Shown: in pieces, positions 26,701 through 41,700 of the stretch
How the letters are laid out: each line of letters starts with the position of its first letter
Numbering within the stretch: the first letter of the stretch is position 1
Assembly: GCA_002633005.1 (NCBI GenBank)
Contig: NMRA01000289.1
Location: 52,294-116,293, forward strand
Length of the DNA: 64,000 nt
From: Phoronis australis
Lineage: Eukaryota; Animalia; Phoronida
Reading direction: 5' to 3'
Notes under the pieces: model-generated
The model's database searches: none
What the model saw: only the letters and a program-made list of their open reading frames with translations
Told to the model about the DNA's origin: nothing
Position numbers and translations under genes: made by a program

Positions 26701-29700
26701 GGATTGGTACACTGCCGAAACCTAGTTTGAACGCCACATTGACCTTGACACGATGTCCAACTTCCCCACTCGGTCCAATCGCCATTTACTGAAAAAGGAG
26801 TGTTTGAAAACTAACATTCCGTCATTGCTTAAGAGTGTGTCATAAATTCAAAACTTTATCGGTTTAAACTGTTATAAACCCTACCATTGATGTAAAAATA
26901 ACTTTTCACTTAGGCACCTCTAAATTGGTCTCAACTTACTCAGATTAAAAGTGCTTGGCTACAGGAGGAAATGACAGTTGATTATTATTCAACGCCATCC
27001 TCGGCGCATGAAATAGCTCACCCAAGTAAGCCTCATTTGAGTGAGAAACAAGTTTCATAACACTAAGCAACTGTCTTAACGGAAGGTACTTCTTAAAATT
27101 CTTATAGACAAGTTCAAGAATCGAAACAGTACACAAAGGCAGTTTTGGCAAATAACAAGAAAATAGAAGGAAGGATTACTTTATCTGTAAACATAATTGA
27201 AAAAGAAACATACCTCTTCTTTGAACTACCTACTTTTTTCGCACCAACGACCCGACATTCTCTCGCCACAGGTGCAGTAAGCCATGCCAATTTCATTGGT
27301 TTTGCATTTGCCTCCATTTTGACAAGGACTGGATCCGCAATCTGGAAAATGTGATGATGGCAAAATAATGAGACCTTATAGTAAAGGTTCCGTTCAGTTT
27401 AAGAAGCACTAGAAATGAAACACAATTAGACGCATTGCACTGCTTCCAAGAGATAAGAGATTACCACGCCCAACTATCCAATTCTGATTAAAAAGCTTGG
27501 TTTTGAGATTTGAAACTATATAAAGAACTTTGAATGAAGTCGTATAGTGGTGTTATGCTAAGATGCATCGCGTTTCAGAATTTTGAGATATTTCGAGAGT
27601 TTTTCTGCTAATAATCCGACGCCGTTTATATATTTGAGCGCACATATACGAAGTGGTACATTTGGATGCTCAACTGCTTTCCATGGTGAAGCGATTCTTT
27701 AAGGACTCGGCAAGTTATTGCTCTTTCTATTTTGCAAACGCTTGTAAATAACATGAGTAAAAGCCGGAAAATCACCCGGAAGCGACAAAAATCATTCAAC
27801 GTGCACGTTGTTTAGTGCGTCTAATTCCATGACGTAGCCACCTAGGTAATGAGTACAGAAATCAAAAACAGGAAAAGTTTCACAACTTACCAGAGATACA
27901 CAATTTGGACATCGATAGATTTCTCAGTAGAAACTAAAGACTTGTACCACTTTTATCCGCATCTTTTAGAGACGAAACTCGCGCTAGGCTATTCTACGTG
28001 ATAAACAATCCTCACTTATTGATTTTCTCACATTTAATGCAGTAAACACACTGCGAGTTACGTGTTGCTGAGCTGTAATCAAAATGGTTGCAAACTACAG
28101 TGCACGTATGGTTCATCATGACGTTATCGGCATTAGAGTCACTTCAGTCCCAAGAAATAAAGTAATGACTTGAAGTGAAGTTTGTACAACGTAGTTTACA
28201 ACATAAGGGAGCTAAAGGTTGGTGCCTCAGTCTTCGTTTTACTCCAACTTAATAACACGGAGAATTAAGGTGACTAATATATTAGGAATATACCCTAGAT
28301 TTCAGCTTACTTCATGAAAATATCTGCGTTATTTATTGACTTAAGAAGAATAATAGTAGCTTAAATTCATAGCCAAAACGTGTGCTGATTATTCCCTTGT
28401 AACAGACCGTAATTGTAATTGACCTATCGCAAGCTCCGCCCCTATGCGAAAAGTCACGTGATATCCAACCAACAAACAAAAGCAAGAGACCAATACACTG
28501 CCGGTAAATAAGGTTCCTGGTGGAATCGATGAGTGTTTTTGCACTGTTTGAAAACAATTCGACAAAGACAACAGACGATGTTGATTGTTTTCACTTAGGA
28601 TGGGATAAAATGATGTCACCAAAGTCCTAGCTCTCCCCTCGGCTGCCATCACGGTTAGCATCGTTCTGGAACCGAAGGGTTAATATTTTGTGCCCCTTTT
28701 GCCCTGACTCCCCTCCAGCTTTAACCATATCTGCCACTTATTAAACTGAGGAATATGTAAGAACAGCACGGCGACACCTAGAATCGATGTATTGAAATCT
28801 TGATCTGAAAGCGCCAAAAATTAAATATGACCACTGTTATCATGGTTGGTACAAAGTTATAAGCTTCGGGTGACTGGCAGGCATGTATAATTTTTAAGCA
28901 CTTTGGATCCAATCGTTTAGCATTTGCATGCATTTACTTATATAGTCTGACAAAGCACACAGTGCATTTAAATCTGTTTTATTTCACATTCACAGGCTGT
29001 CGGGTAAGAGATCGGACATCTGACCTGCCTCAGTCATGAAAAAATCAGAAGTTGACGTAAATCAGACGTCTTCTTGTCGCCTGCCCCGAAAATAATCCAC
29101 CCTTCTTTCCATGAGAAGCCCCGATTCCAACGACGAGATTTGAAGTTAGAAACTGTTTGTCTGTATAGTGCACAGAACGCACGTGATTGGACAAAGCATT
29201 TTATAAACTAATGCCATGCTAAGTGCTCGTAAGACGGAAAATAGGACGCTTTTTGAAAACGTTGGTTTTAAATACGTTTGATTGGCCCTCACATCAGACG
29301 TTCCATCTAAATTCTTGTAAAATTCCACGTCTGAGCAACATATCATATGTTTAAGGTTCAGACGTCTGTTTAGGTTCAATATGGTGGTGGGCGGCTATTT
29401 TGAACCAGCTTTAACAGCTTACAGGCCTATCGTCCGACTTATAGAAGAAAACCTCTTAACGCCGCCGTTTAAGCCCGTTTTTGGATGCGACATGGGGTTC
29501 AAAAAGTTATTAACTTTCAACACGTCCAAAAATATTTAAAAGATCGTTGTAAATACTACAAACGAATGAAATGTTTGCAAAGAATATAATATACGGGATG
29601 TTCTAATTGCCACTGATATAGAGGTCAACAGAATTAATCATACAAATGGCGGAGACTAGTAGGTCTATGCAGTGTACATCCGGAGGCGAAACGCAGTCGT

Positions 29701-32700
29701 CCTGCTCTACGAGATTCAGAAAAAGACGTGTTTTTCAGAAAACGGCATTACCAACGAATCGTGTACCTGTAAGCTACTCGTTCGATACGTGAGAAACAAT
29801 GAGGACAAGACTGAATGTTCGAATTCATCATGAAGGTTTTACATTACAACAATACACGCATCATTTTGATCAGCTGTTCAGTTTTTGATATGCGATTTGT
29901 TGCGCTTAACTAATACTAGTTCTGATTCACGCTGACCCGGATTAGTTACATCATGTTAGTGTTTTAACGCAGTTAAAACTGATAAGGCCCTTTCATTCTA
30001 ACGTCGACATGTCGATGTCTTGGGGAGTTCCAGTCAGTATGGAGGGTAACTTGGGTCCTGAATCAAAAATAAGTGTGCCAGTTGACTTCACACCAGACAC
30101 GCGGAGCGTAGACGCTGCGGTGCAGTATGAATGATCAACTTCAGTTACATAGAAGAAGTTATTGTCAGGGGCCACTGTTATCATCAACAATTACAAGGTA
30201 GTGTCGTCGTTAATAGATGTGCATATTTTGCTCGAATAGTCACCAGTCGAATTAGAAATAGGTTTTTGTATCAATTAGCAAATGTCAATGTTCCCAAATT
30301 ATCACATTAACAACTCCTGGTGTACAAGTGTTGCATCTGCACTACGTTGCGACTACTTCGATGACAACACCGTCAGCTAGAGTTTACTTAGACATCCAAA
30401 GCCGGTATAAACGGTTCAATCAACTTCACAGTCCATGTCGACACTCTGCTCAGACCGAAATTAAGTGAAAAGGGGCTTTTAGATAGATTTCAACTAGCAG
30501 AACAATGTAGCAGGTGGTGTAAAGAATCGGGCTATCCGGAGAATTCTCCTCGCGGTGTCGCTCCTGTACTAGTGGTGATTGAATTGCGCATGCGCGGCTG
30601 TCTGCATATAAACAACGGGTAAAAGATGGAATTTTTATCAAAATACGTCGTCGCGTTAAGCCTTATTACTGCTAATTTCCCTGGTGCAAGTCTTCGACAG
30701 GTGGCCACAAATTCCCAAAAGACCTAAGGTTACTATATTCGTGTACAATTGCGGTCAACAGGGTCAACTAACTGACAAAAAGTGTATGGATGCTGAAGCC
30801 CCGTGTGTGCTCTATGACTATGCAGTTCCATTCGGAGACTACACAATATTACTTGGTAAGTTTTTAGCAATCAGTTTCTATCAACATCGTTCGGTGATGT
30901 TATCCCCACCAGTTATCCCACTGAATAACAGTTTTATTGAGTGGAACTAAGTGTTTCTTTTTGGAAACTCACCCGATGCCGGGTAGGCTAGCAGCACATA
31001 CTCATATTGTCCTGGGTGGGAGTGCTCCCAAAAATAAGAGGTGTATGGTACGTGATGCACAGAAGTCAAGAGTGACTTCTTCACAGCAGTTTCTCTTCAA
31101 AACTATGCTCTTTCCAATAAAACTCTCTAGATGAGTGAGTTTCCTTATTTTATCGTGGACCCCACCCCCGGGCCACCAGCTCAGTTATCGAATTAACATG
31201 AATAAGCCTTAATTCAGTAAATGCCATAACATTGCATTGGAAAAAAATGAAACCTAGAATTAATTTTACTTGTTGAGATCAGAAGCACATTTTAAGTGTC
31301 ATGAAAAATACACATTGTTAAATCACTTTTAGCCTGTTTCACATATTTTAATTCAGATATTAAATAAGACTTGGGTACAAAGGTTAATAGTTTCTACACA
31401 TAAACATGAAGATGAAATGTCAAGTAAGTTCTGCCTTACAAAAGTAGTTTTGTCTTGTCTTTTTTTACAATGTCCTAATATTTCTATTCTGTTACAGGCA
31501 AGAAAAAAACAACTGAAACCAACCGCCTGACCATCTATTTCACCATTGGACAAAGTGAAAAGCAATCCTTCAGCAATAACCTGGGAGAATTGAACGTAAT
31601 TCAGAAATTCAGCACCTGATATGCCTGATTATGGACTCCCTCACAATGTTGTTTCTTTCTGTGCTTTTTCAGTTTGCCATTTGTATTTAAATACACTGAT
31701 AATTGTTTATTCTCGAATATTGTGCATAGCAGATTCTTATCCAGCTAGCTACAATTGAAAACATACAATAAGACAATCGATGCAGTCACTGAATGTCATT
31801 TCCATATAATCTGTACCAAATTGAAAAGTTTTTACCAAAAGTATAAAGCCTTTCTTCTGAAAGGAAAATTTAATGTCACTCAGTTTTTGTCTTTCATTTC
31901 ACTGGGTTCTAGTTTCAATGGCCTATAGAAGCGCTTGTAAAAAAGGTGCGGTTTCAACACGTGGCTGTCTTTCATGTAACCTTATTCAGCCTCAATAACA
32001 TCCACAATTAGAGCCTTGAAGGTAAACACAGCAGCATATCACTTGAATCGTTTTGAGCCCAAAACCAGACTCTGAACTAGACCAGAGTGTGAGTAGGTCT
32101 ATTTTAGCTTCAGTCCCTCATGCTTGTTCCAGGAAAGGAAATAAGCTATTGTCCACACATGACTCATTGCCTATGAAAGGGCACCCTCAACAACAAGGCT
32201 TATTTGTGTAGCAGTCAGATATAGTTCGTCTGAATACACAGACATTCCACTGGCACACTGTCTCATGGTAACTTAGTACTGCGATTCACATTTCTCCAGG
32301 GCCACTGACTTGCACATTGTGCCATGCAGCACTGCTGGTGTGTGGAAGTGCTGTGGGAAGAGAACGGAGTAACAAAGCTTGTCTCTGATACAGCTTGAAG
32401 TGGCCTTAAAATGTCACTGAACCTGGAACAAATATTGAATTATGAATAATTAAGTACTCTAGATTGTGTTGATCCACGTGGTTGTGCGGATTGACTACGT
32501 AATGAAAATAAATGTGCCCATGACTTCAAACATATTTCGATTAATTACATGTCATGCACCAACTCTTGTTTGCATTTACAATTCTGTTGTGTTGAGAATT
32601 ACTGCAGTGAAATGCATTTGATATTATGCAGGTTAAACTTCGGCAGTGAAAATCCATTTTGTTCGCTAATGTGATTGTGTCATTGCTGATAAAGCTGCTA

Positions 32701-35700
32701 TAAACCTGCCTTCCTTCAATTAAACCAACTCTTGATTTTGACTATTCATTGTCTTGGCCCATTCCTTACTTAAAGTACAAGTGATTCCTGGAATTATAAA
32801 GAACTGACAGTTCGTTATAGCTCAAAACTCAATTTATCAAGTTGCCTTGAAACAGCTTGTCATTTTCTGTAGGGGAATTTGTTACAAGCCAAGAAACCTA
32901 TCCTCACCTGGGTAAAGAAACTTACTGATAGGAGGTCTGATTTGGAAAATGGTATAAATTAAAAGTTACTTTATTGTTGATGGAATGTTGGTTTGTAGCA
33001 ACTTTACTAGTTCTGTTTCATTACATTTAAGTCTTCATCCGATTTTCAGTATGAAACTAAGAAATGGTATTGGGCATAAAATTTGTTTATTAGTACCAGA
33101 AAGAAATCACATTTATCTGAGTACTAATTAGTAGACAAATCAAATATAGGTATTAGACACATAAAATATGGTGCCTGAGTAAATAACATAATTTGTTTGA
33201 CTGCAAGCAAAGTATATAAATCAGTACGATTTGTGACATAACCCTTGCATTGCGGATATATGTTGTGGTAGGCGCCTTTTGCTGTAGTTGGTACCTTTGT
33301 CGAAAGCCAGCTCATCAATACAGTAGACTCTTGCCAGTTCCTCATTTATGACGAAGAAACCAAAAGTCCTGAATCAAAAATAAAAATAAAATATTCTTCA
33401 TAGCCATGTATAAGAGAAAAAAATTCTTCATTAACTAGTTTACTTCAAAAGCAGAATAATTTATAGAATGCGAACAGTTAGTCCGGTCAGCACGCCATCT
33501 TTTTGGTCACATCATGGGACCTAATGAATCTATGTCCGAAAAAAATTCTGCCCTAGACAGGGACGGGAGCAGAAATCATTTTGGATTGATATTCATTAGG
33601 TCATGTGATGTGACCAAAAACATGGCGTGCTGACGGGACAAGCTGTTTGCTACATTTTTCCATGCCTTATTGAAAAAGATTTATTGATACATACCTTATA
33701 GAATGTACTGTTTGCAATCCATTGTTATGGCTATTTTGGTATTTATACTTAAATTTCAGATAAACAATAAACAAAACTCAAATAAGGAATGTGTTTTATT
33801 GTGTTATGTTTAGTTTGACTAAAACCGGACCTTATCATGAACCTGCCAATAATCCATAGATAGTCTTTAATGAATATTCATGTCACAGGCGTACCGTCAG
33901 GGCCGTAATAATGTTTTCACTTCACAATCGCCAAGTAAAGGTTTAGTCCACTTATCATTAATACCTAATAGCCTGAAAATAATTTGTTCACATTTTCTCA
34001 ATAAGTAACAATTTTGAGTATATTTTCAGAAAATTTATTTATTTGATAAATCAAGTTTTGGGTATTTGTCTGAAACAAATGTAGAGTGCAAGACCAAATC
34101 TCTGTAGCCAGAGCTTTGGAAGGAAATTGGCCTAAAGGTTATTACAAGTGTCATGTCAGCAGTGTTTTCTTTCACAGAGTCACATGTGTGCATAATGAGG
34201 GTGCTTACCTGGATTTCCAAAACTGTCTTTATAAGAAATACTCACAGGCATAAGCAAAATACAGGTTGCTTCTTATAGATCTTTTCAGTGTAGTGGACAC
34301 TCCTCAGCATCTGCCACAGGTACACCCTGATGACAATCACAGCTGGTGATACCCACCACCCCTGTGAGTATAGATACAGTAAGTTGAAATACAATGCAGT
34401 CATCCTCAGATATACTTATGTGATACTGAAAAAAATCAAACCACATTAATTTTGAGTAGTAGTTTAAACATGACTTCAACATGAAGGGGAATGTTGTTTT
34501 CATAGCTGGAAACTGGTTGTTGTTCTTCAAAAAGCCAGTGGTCCATTATTAATGAAGTTTTAAGACAGCATTTTATGTGGCATATTTTAGTGATACATAG
34601 CAAATGTATTTTATTACAGGTTTTCAGTTTTGTTACCTATAAAGCTTGTGTGACTACTGATGAAAGAAAACAATAAGAATGACTTGATAACACAAAAGTT
34701 ATGTAGAATTGGTTCTATTGCGTTAATAAACGATAGTTCTAAGCATACCTGTATGTTGCGAGACCGAACATCAATTGCCACCTAAGCCTATGCCTCTGCA
34801 CGTGGTTCAGTACTCTAATCATGTTGTCACTGTTGCTTGGGCATTGTTGCCATTGTTGGTGAAGTGGTGATGCACAATACGATGAACCTTTAAAAACATG
34901 GTAATCTGAGCAGTATATGGATAACATTAATCAATACATTCCATAGGATACACATTTTCGTAAAACTGTGATTGTAAATGAAATTGAAACTTCAGTGTTC
35001 TAGCTGTTTCTAGACTAATTCAGATAAGTTCTTGTGTTAACTTGTCAATGCTGATGCTAGAAGTCTGTAACAGCTGACCTTTAAGATATAGATGATTTTC
35101 GAAGCACTCGTTAGGCCCTCTGTCATGTAAACTGATGGATTGTGTTCTTGATAAAGTGAGTCTGCTAGGGCCTAGTCGCACACTCAAATTCCAAGAAAGG
35201 GTACATAAGGTAAAAGCAAGCACTGTCATTAACCTTCCTCTGTCCCTAGTCCTTTATTCACCCCCATCGAGACCATACCACTGATAATACAAGATATAAC
35301 CTGCTCGACCTTTATTAATGCTCCTACTGATCTGCCTTTGGATATACCCTTTCGCGTTTGAGGAGGTCCCATTCATAATATATTGTCCTGTAATGATGTG
35401 ACCAGCAATTTGAGAACCAGATTTCCCCACTGATTAACAGGCATCAAATTTGCTGAATCCCATTCCCAACTGTGGTTTGTATGATCTCACTTCTCTCGCA
35501 ACAAGCTTCAATCTACCAGCATTTCCCAAGTTTTTTGCAATCAATCCGAGGCTCCATCAGTGATCCAGTGGTTTGTGTTCAACTGGACTAACTAGCTTCT
35601 CGTTAGTGGTGGATTTAGAGGGGGGGCAAGGGGGCCATGGCCTCCTTAGAATTTTCCCAGCTTCCATTTGGCAGTTCGGGGGTGCAAATGGTTGGGGAAC

Positions 35701-38700
35701 TAAATCCTGGCTGATACTCTGCCCTGTTCCTCCCAACTCAAAATACTGGATCTGACCCTGCTGGTAGAATATACAAGTAGCGTATAGAGACCCTGGTGAT
35801 AGACGATGCTTTTCCTGTGGCAATGAAAAATCACGAATAGTTTTTCAATTCAATTCCAAAGTCTGAAAATTCCCAGCAGGTAGAAATTCAACTCATGACC
35901 ATCGAGTGACAAACAGCCGTCTATCCAACCACAATAACATTACATTTTTTTCAGTCACAGCATTGATAGACCTGGGGCTAGGGCTAGGGGTAGCCTTGGT
36001 ACAAATCTGTACACTAAATATGCTACCATAGCTGTGTGAATTTCGGGGTCTATTAACGAAAAACAAACAGTGGTACCTAGCTGTATTTTGACGATAGTCT
36101 TCACACCGCTGGTTGGCTGGCTATGGTACCACTGTAGACTCGACTCGAGCACAACGATTACTATCGAATTCAGTACGTAATTTTCCCACAGGTAATGGTC
36201 TCATCTTATTCTAAGCGTAACAGATAGACTGTTCAGCTCATACAGGGAGCAATATCGTCATCAAAATGTCCAAGAAACGAATAAATTACCTGGTTAAGGC
36301 AAACTTCTCTTCTTCGAAGCAGTACCGGAAACAGCTGACTATTTGTCTCGAGTTACCGAAAGGTCAAACCGCACAGCATTATGGGCAACATTCGTTTGCT
36401 TTGATCACGAAGATTTTAAGAAAGTAAAAAATAAACGAAAAATTGTGTACATGCAGTAGATTGATCCCACACTTACGAAAAGTTCTAATTAAGTGTCAGA
36501 GAGTATGTTTCAATGGTTTTTTAGCAGATTCACGATCTTTTAAAACGTTTAAAAACTGATCCTATGACATTAATCGTCAATCGAATTACTACGTCGAACT
36601 CTGCGCACTGCATGGACAAGACATGTTGTGTCTTGGTAGCATTTTGTTCTGTACTTTAATACATTTGATTAGCATATTGCTTCACTTACCCGTATCGGGC
36701 TCCACTTTAACCTCGACTTTAAAGCCTTTGCGTCTATTGTTACTGTTCGATCGGAAAATCAACATTAAATTGTTGTAACGAGTTTCAAACTTTCGACGCA
36801 TTTGGTCTCCACAAAACCTGCAGAGCAAAACCCATACCATCTAGCGTTTGTCTATGAACATGACGATTCATCTAAATGTGTCAGGTTACTTTATTTGTAA
36901 ACATGTTGACCTGGGGCCGGTTCCAAGAAAACATTCTTGGCTAAGACAAATCTTAAATTTCATTTAATTTTAGATAAAACTTAAATTTGTTTCTTCAAGT
37001 CCGAGATTTTAAGTTTGACTTAAGTTTTTGACTTAAACTTTAATTGCGATTATCTTTCAGGATATCGAAGTTTCGAAGCTTGGAATTTGAGACAAATCTT
37101 AGACTTGAGTCAAAAATGAACTTGGAGATATTTTCTTGGAAAGGGCTCCTGGTAATCGTGCCTTTATTCTAAACGCACGCAATCCAAGCAATTTTCCGAC
37201 TAACAGGCCACGGCCTTCCGCATGAAGAACATTAATTCTCATCGGATAAAACAAGGGATATGAGTGCTATTAATGAATGGTGCAAATGGATTTGTATCCC
37301 AGAATGCGTGTTTGGGTTATGCAAGATCATCTTCAGGCGAAAGCATTGGATAGAAAAAAACATGAACGGGAAAGCATGCATTTTAGCTTAAAGTGGCATT
37401 AAACTCATGGTTTCTGTCAATAGCACATTTTTGCTCGGGCAATTTTCCGTTTCAAAACTGACCTTATTGTATTTCCTGCTCAGTTTAGAAGTGATCCTTG
37501 TATTCAGGAAGAACTTGCAGTTTGTAAATTCTTATGAAAAAGCTCGTACGCAGTTTAAGGTGACGCCTGTCAATTCTTTTCAGACAGCGCATCTATTTTG
37601 ACTAAAGAGTCATCGGAAGCCAACTTCATATGGGTAAAAGATCTAAAAAATTTTTTCTGATAAAAAGCACAGAATAAATGCTGCTTTAACGTCGACATCA
37701 ATGAGTTACCTCCAAACTTCTTTATCCCGCAGCAAAGCTTCAATGTTCCAAGGATAACTTTGAGAAGGTGTTCAGCTTCTAGCATGACATGCATGTACCG
37801 CAAACATACATTGCTAGTTCCGTTGACTGATACGTGTATTCTTTCAAAAATGTCGTTTATTGCAACAGACTCACGAAGACGTCCTGTCGTAAAATGCCGC
37901 TTACATATAACCTTTTGCGCTTATGTCAAACAAAGTCTTGTTGTTTTTTACCTTAGTCCCATCATTCCCATTCCAATATGTCGCACTTCCAAACTATCTT
38001 TGCAAAGAGAATTTGCATAATCGTCCTCTATGTCGAAATCAAGAAACTCCAACTTCATTATTGTCTTTGGCGGGCTCTGAAATAATGCATAGTTGTGCCT
38101 GTGCATGCTGTTGTTATAAATGTACGTAAGGTGCTCCATATTTATTGAACGTTTGTCATTGGTTTCTCTTATCTTTCATGCGTTGGCTATGCGCTGTAAT
38201 TTCACAATTTTCTTAAGCCATTGAAAAGTTCTTTATGGGCTTGTTACTAAAAGGAATTCAGTTTCTGATGATAACTCGCACCATAATCAGAATACGTCGA
38301 CGTCAATAAGGTAAGTAGCTAGCTTACTTTCACAACCCATGCACACTTCAGTCCGTTTTGATAGGAGCCTTGGTCATATCCCGGCGACTTGATGATAACC
38401 TTGTTCTGCACATTAACTACTCTGCCACATCCTGCCAAAACAAATACAACAATGCATTTATTTCAAGTCATTAAACAATAAAGTTCCACAAGTGAAACGA
38501 TATAAATAAAAACTATAGTTCAATGTGGAAATCCATCGAATAACAGCTTGTCATTCGCCGACCTTCCCAGCTATTAAAGAGCAATTTCACAAGTAACATC
38601 ACACCATGTTCCTTTTCAAACTAAAACCCCAGTGTTTCAGACACTTGGAACCAGGATGACGATCCACAATAATCATTGAAATAAGTAATTCTAAAGCGAC

Positions 38701-41700
38701 TTTCAATTTCTTCATAGAAAAATTCAGAACATTCGCATTCAGAACATTTTCATTTGCATAATTAAAAGAGCAATTAATACGCGTTCCGTTGAAGAGATTA
38801 TCAATTTCGATTTAGACTAGCAGCTAAACGATATGTCTCAACTTTTTCCAGGTTTTGGGTCTGAGGAAGCGCCAATAATTCCTTATTCCTGGAGAACATG
38901 CTCGAGGAATAAAACGACACTCCGTGACAAGTCAACTTACACAGCCTGGACTTAAAAAGTAAAAAAAAAATGTTTTTCCGAGCTCAGAAATCACACATAT
39001 TTTAAATTATTGAATGAGCAATCCAATTTAGTAAGGATAAGTTGTCTAAATGTTTTTGTGACGGAAGGCACGTTTCAGCAGCTCTCGTATACTCACCCCA
39101 TTCTCCGTTGTCACATATAAAACTAGAAACCATTTATCATATTTTGGCACTTTGAGCTAAAATTAGACCAAGCCCAGGTTTTAGGTTTTTGATGGTCCAT
39201 TGAAAAATGAGTGTTCCCAGGTAGCAATGACACAACTTCAAGTGCCGTGAAGTACAGGCTGTGGCGCAAAGTGTTATGGGTGAGTGTTCAGAATTCCTCG
39301 TCAGCGACAACTAGAACCATGCGCGCACTCAGGGAGGGGAGTTCCGGGGGCTGGAGCCTCCGCCCNNNNNNNNNNNNNNNNNNNNNNCCCCCCCCCCCCC
39401 CCCATTTCACAAAGTGGGCAAAGGTCCGCCTTAGAGAAACAAAAACTCAGAGAAAGTAGAAAACGAGACAATAGTTCACTAAAAAGGCAAGAATTACCAA
39501 AATTCCGTGATGCACAATTTATAGTTCTGAACGTACCCCGTAAATTTTAGCAAAAGGTCTACATTCCCAAAATTCGAGTCCCCGTTCTATAGGCTGGGTG
39601 CTCGCATGCTGAATATATTAGTAGGATAGGGGTTACAAAACGTTATTTACCCGAGTGCACGAGCAGGATGTAAAAATAAACACACTGCATTCTGGGAAAT
39701 ATAGGTCATTTGGCACATAAAGAATATTTATTCGCCAGCAAAATCGTAAGACGCCTACATTTCTCAAAGTTAGTATTTGTTGATTGAAAACAGACTTGAT
39801 TCTGAAAAAGCCTTAGTAAATTTTATCTAGTTTTTATTCCAAATAATTCAAAACAAATACCATAAACGAAACAAATAAGGGTTTAGCAACGTTAATGATG
39901 ATGATTTCTGTGACCTGGCCCAGAGTAAGATATTTGCACTCGAAATCGAAACCAAGAATATTTTTGACTTTTTCATTCCTGCGTTAGTACAAAATCCAGA
40001 TAATTGTCCATTATTCTATGCTCGAGTATACATTATTGTTTATGGAGAGGAGTTCCTAGTCTAAGTTCGCACTTTTTGACCGCAACAAACCTCGAAATTA
40101 CAAATTCAGCATATGGCTTAAAAGGTGGGTGATCAAGAGTGAAGAAGTAGGATTCAACAGTCATCCATGTAAACAATAACATACTCGAGCACTGGAAAGT
40201 AGTCAATGATCTTGAGAGTGCATTAGACTATAAAGTAGAACGGAAAACGTTAAAAACAATTTCGAGTTCGATTTAGTATATAAATATTAGATCTTTGAGA
40301 CCAGGATAAAAAATCTTTGAATTAGAGCTCAAACTTCAAATTGTTTATGACGTCGTGACACTCGTAATAGTCGAAATATATGACGTAACCTTTATTAGAC
40401 GAGAAGCACGGGCCTTTGTTTCAAGAAAACCTACCACATGGTGACAGGTACATATCTCAAACCCTGTAACTTCAATATTATGTCCATTAATGACAACACA
40501 CTTTAATGCAAGACGGAATCACAGAATAGCGACTGGTGTCTTTGAAGTCATTGGCACTGTGCCGGTGGGGGCTGCTCACTCAAAGTAAAATCAAAGTCTC
40601 CTTTTAAACTAAAGACATCGGGGTCCAGTGAACCAAGAATTATCTGAGTTCCTTGTGTGCTCTGCTTCACTGGTTGGCAACAATAGATTTCCAATGTCAG
40701 ACAGCAGTTTGGCGGAGTAGCTGAATCGGGGAACTAGCGTCTGTCCAGCAGTTGTTGCATGATAATTGAGAAATTATGTGGGAACCCAAAACGACCTTAC
40801 ATCTTATGCGGTGAATGGCTTACGCACAGCATGACAAAAAACGCGCGACTTTTTGCACTTGGGTAAAAAATGCAGGTAAACACTTTAACACTGTGACATT
40901 CAGAGCAGCAGCGAGTGCAGTAGTGACTGTGAATACTTTGTAGGGACAGAGGAATTCTGAATTGCTCCGTTCAATGAATGAATCTTGCGGAGACATTGAA
41001 AATTTCGAACCTTCTATCGGAAAATAGTTCTGTATATTTTGATCAGGAGGTTTCTTAGCCCGCACGTGAAACTGAAGATAGAAAAACGATGCCGATAGCC
41101 ACGGAACCCGCCACGTTCATTGTTTTCGAGTGAAATGTGGAAGTTTGGACAATAAAATAAATCTCAAAAACTTTGGTCTTTAAACAAATTGATATTTCTT
41201 ATTGTCGAAAACTTGCACATTTTCGGAGCAAAATTTTCCTACAAGTTTTCAATTGACTTTGTGTTTAGTTCCATCTGATTTTTTTCTTGGTTTTGCCATC
41301 AATTTGACGTAGCGACGAGTAACTTTATGAACGCCCCGCACCAGAATGGAGAACTTGACCAAGCACCTTTTGTATGACCTATATTCTACAGCTGCTGACG
41401 TCACACCGCCGCTTATAGTTCAGGTAAAAACTCAATTTGATTATTTTACAAGATTTATTGTATTTGATTATCTTTGTATTTGATCTTTTTTCTGGGAATA
41501 TTAGTAACATTCCATTATAAAATGAAAAAATATTATTAACAGGATTCCTTGACAACGAAATAGGAAGTTACGTTAACACCGGAAAGAGTTGTCCACTGCA
41601 AGAAATTCGGATTATTTGAACGACTCGTCGGCGGTCGCAGTGGTCAAATTCATGAAATATTCCCGCATTTAGTCCAAGCAACTACATCAGTTCCGTAGAT

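Noticed and set aside
26588-27354. ORF-track translations over the TSP1 and EGF exons
   Set aside because: Wrong-frame or antisense shadows of real exons; most other short ORFs in the track are likewise chance or TE-derived.
27891-27933. Short exon candidate with a gtaagt donor
   Set aside because: No phase 1-1 reading and no domain similarity; the 36690 exon joins 27341 cleanly.
39366-39403. Poly-Pro ORFs across the N run
   Set aside because: Assembly gap within a poly-C tract of a MITE.
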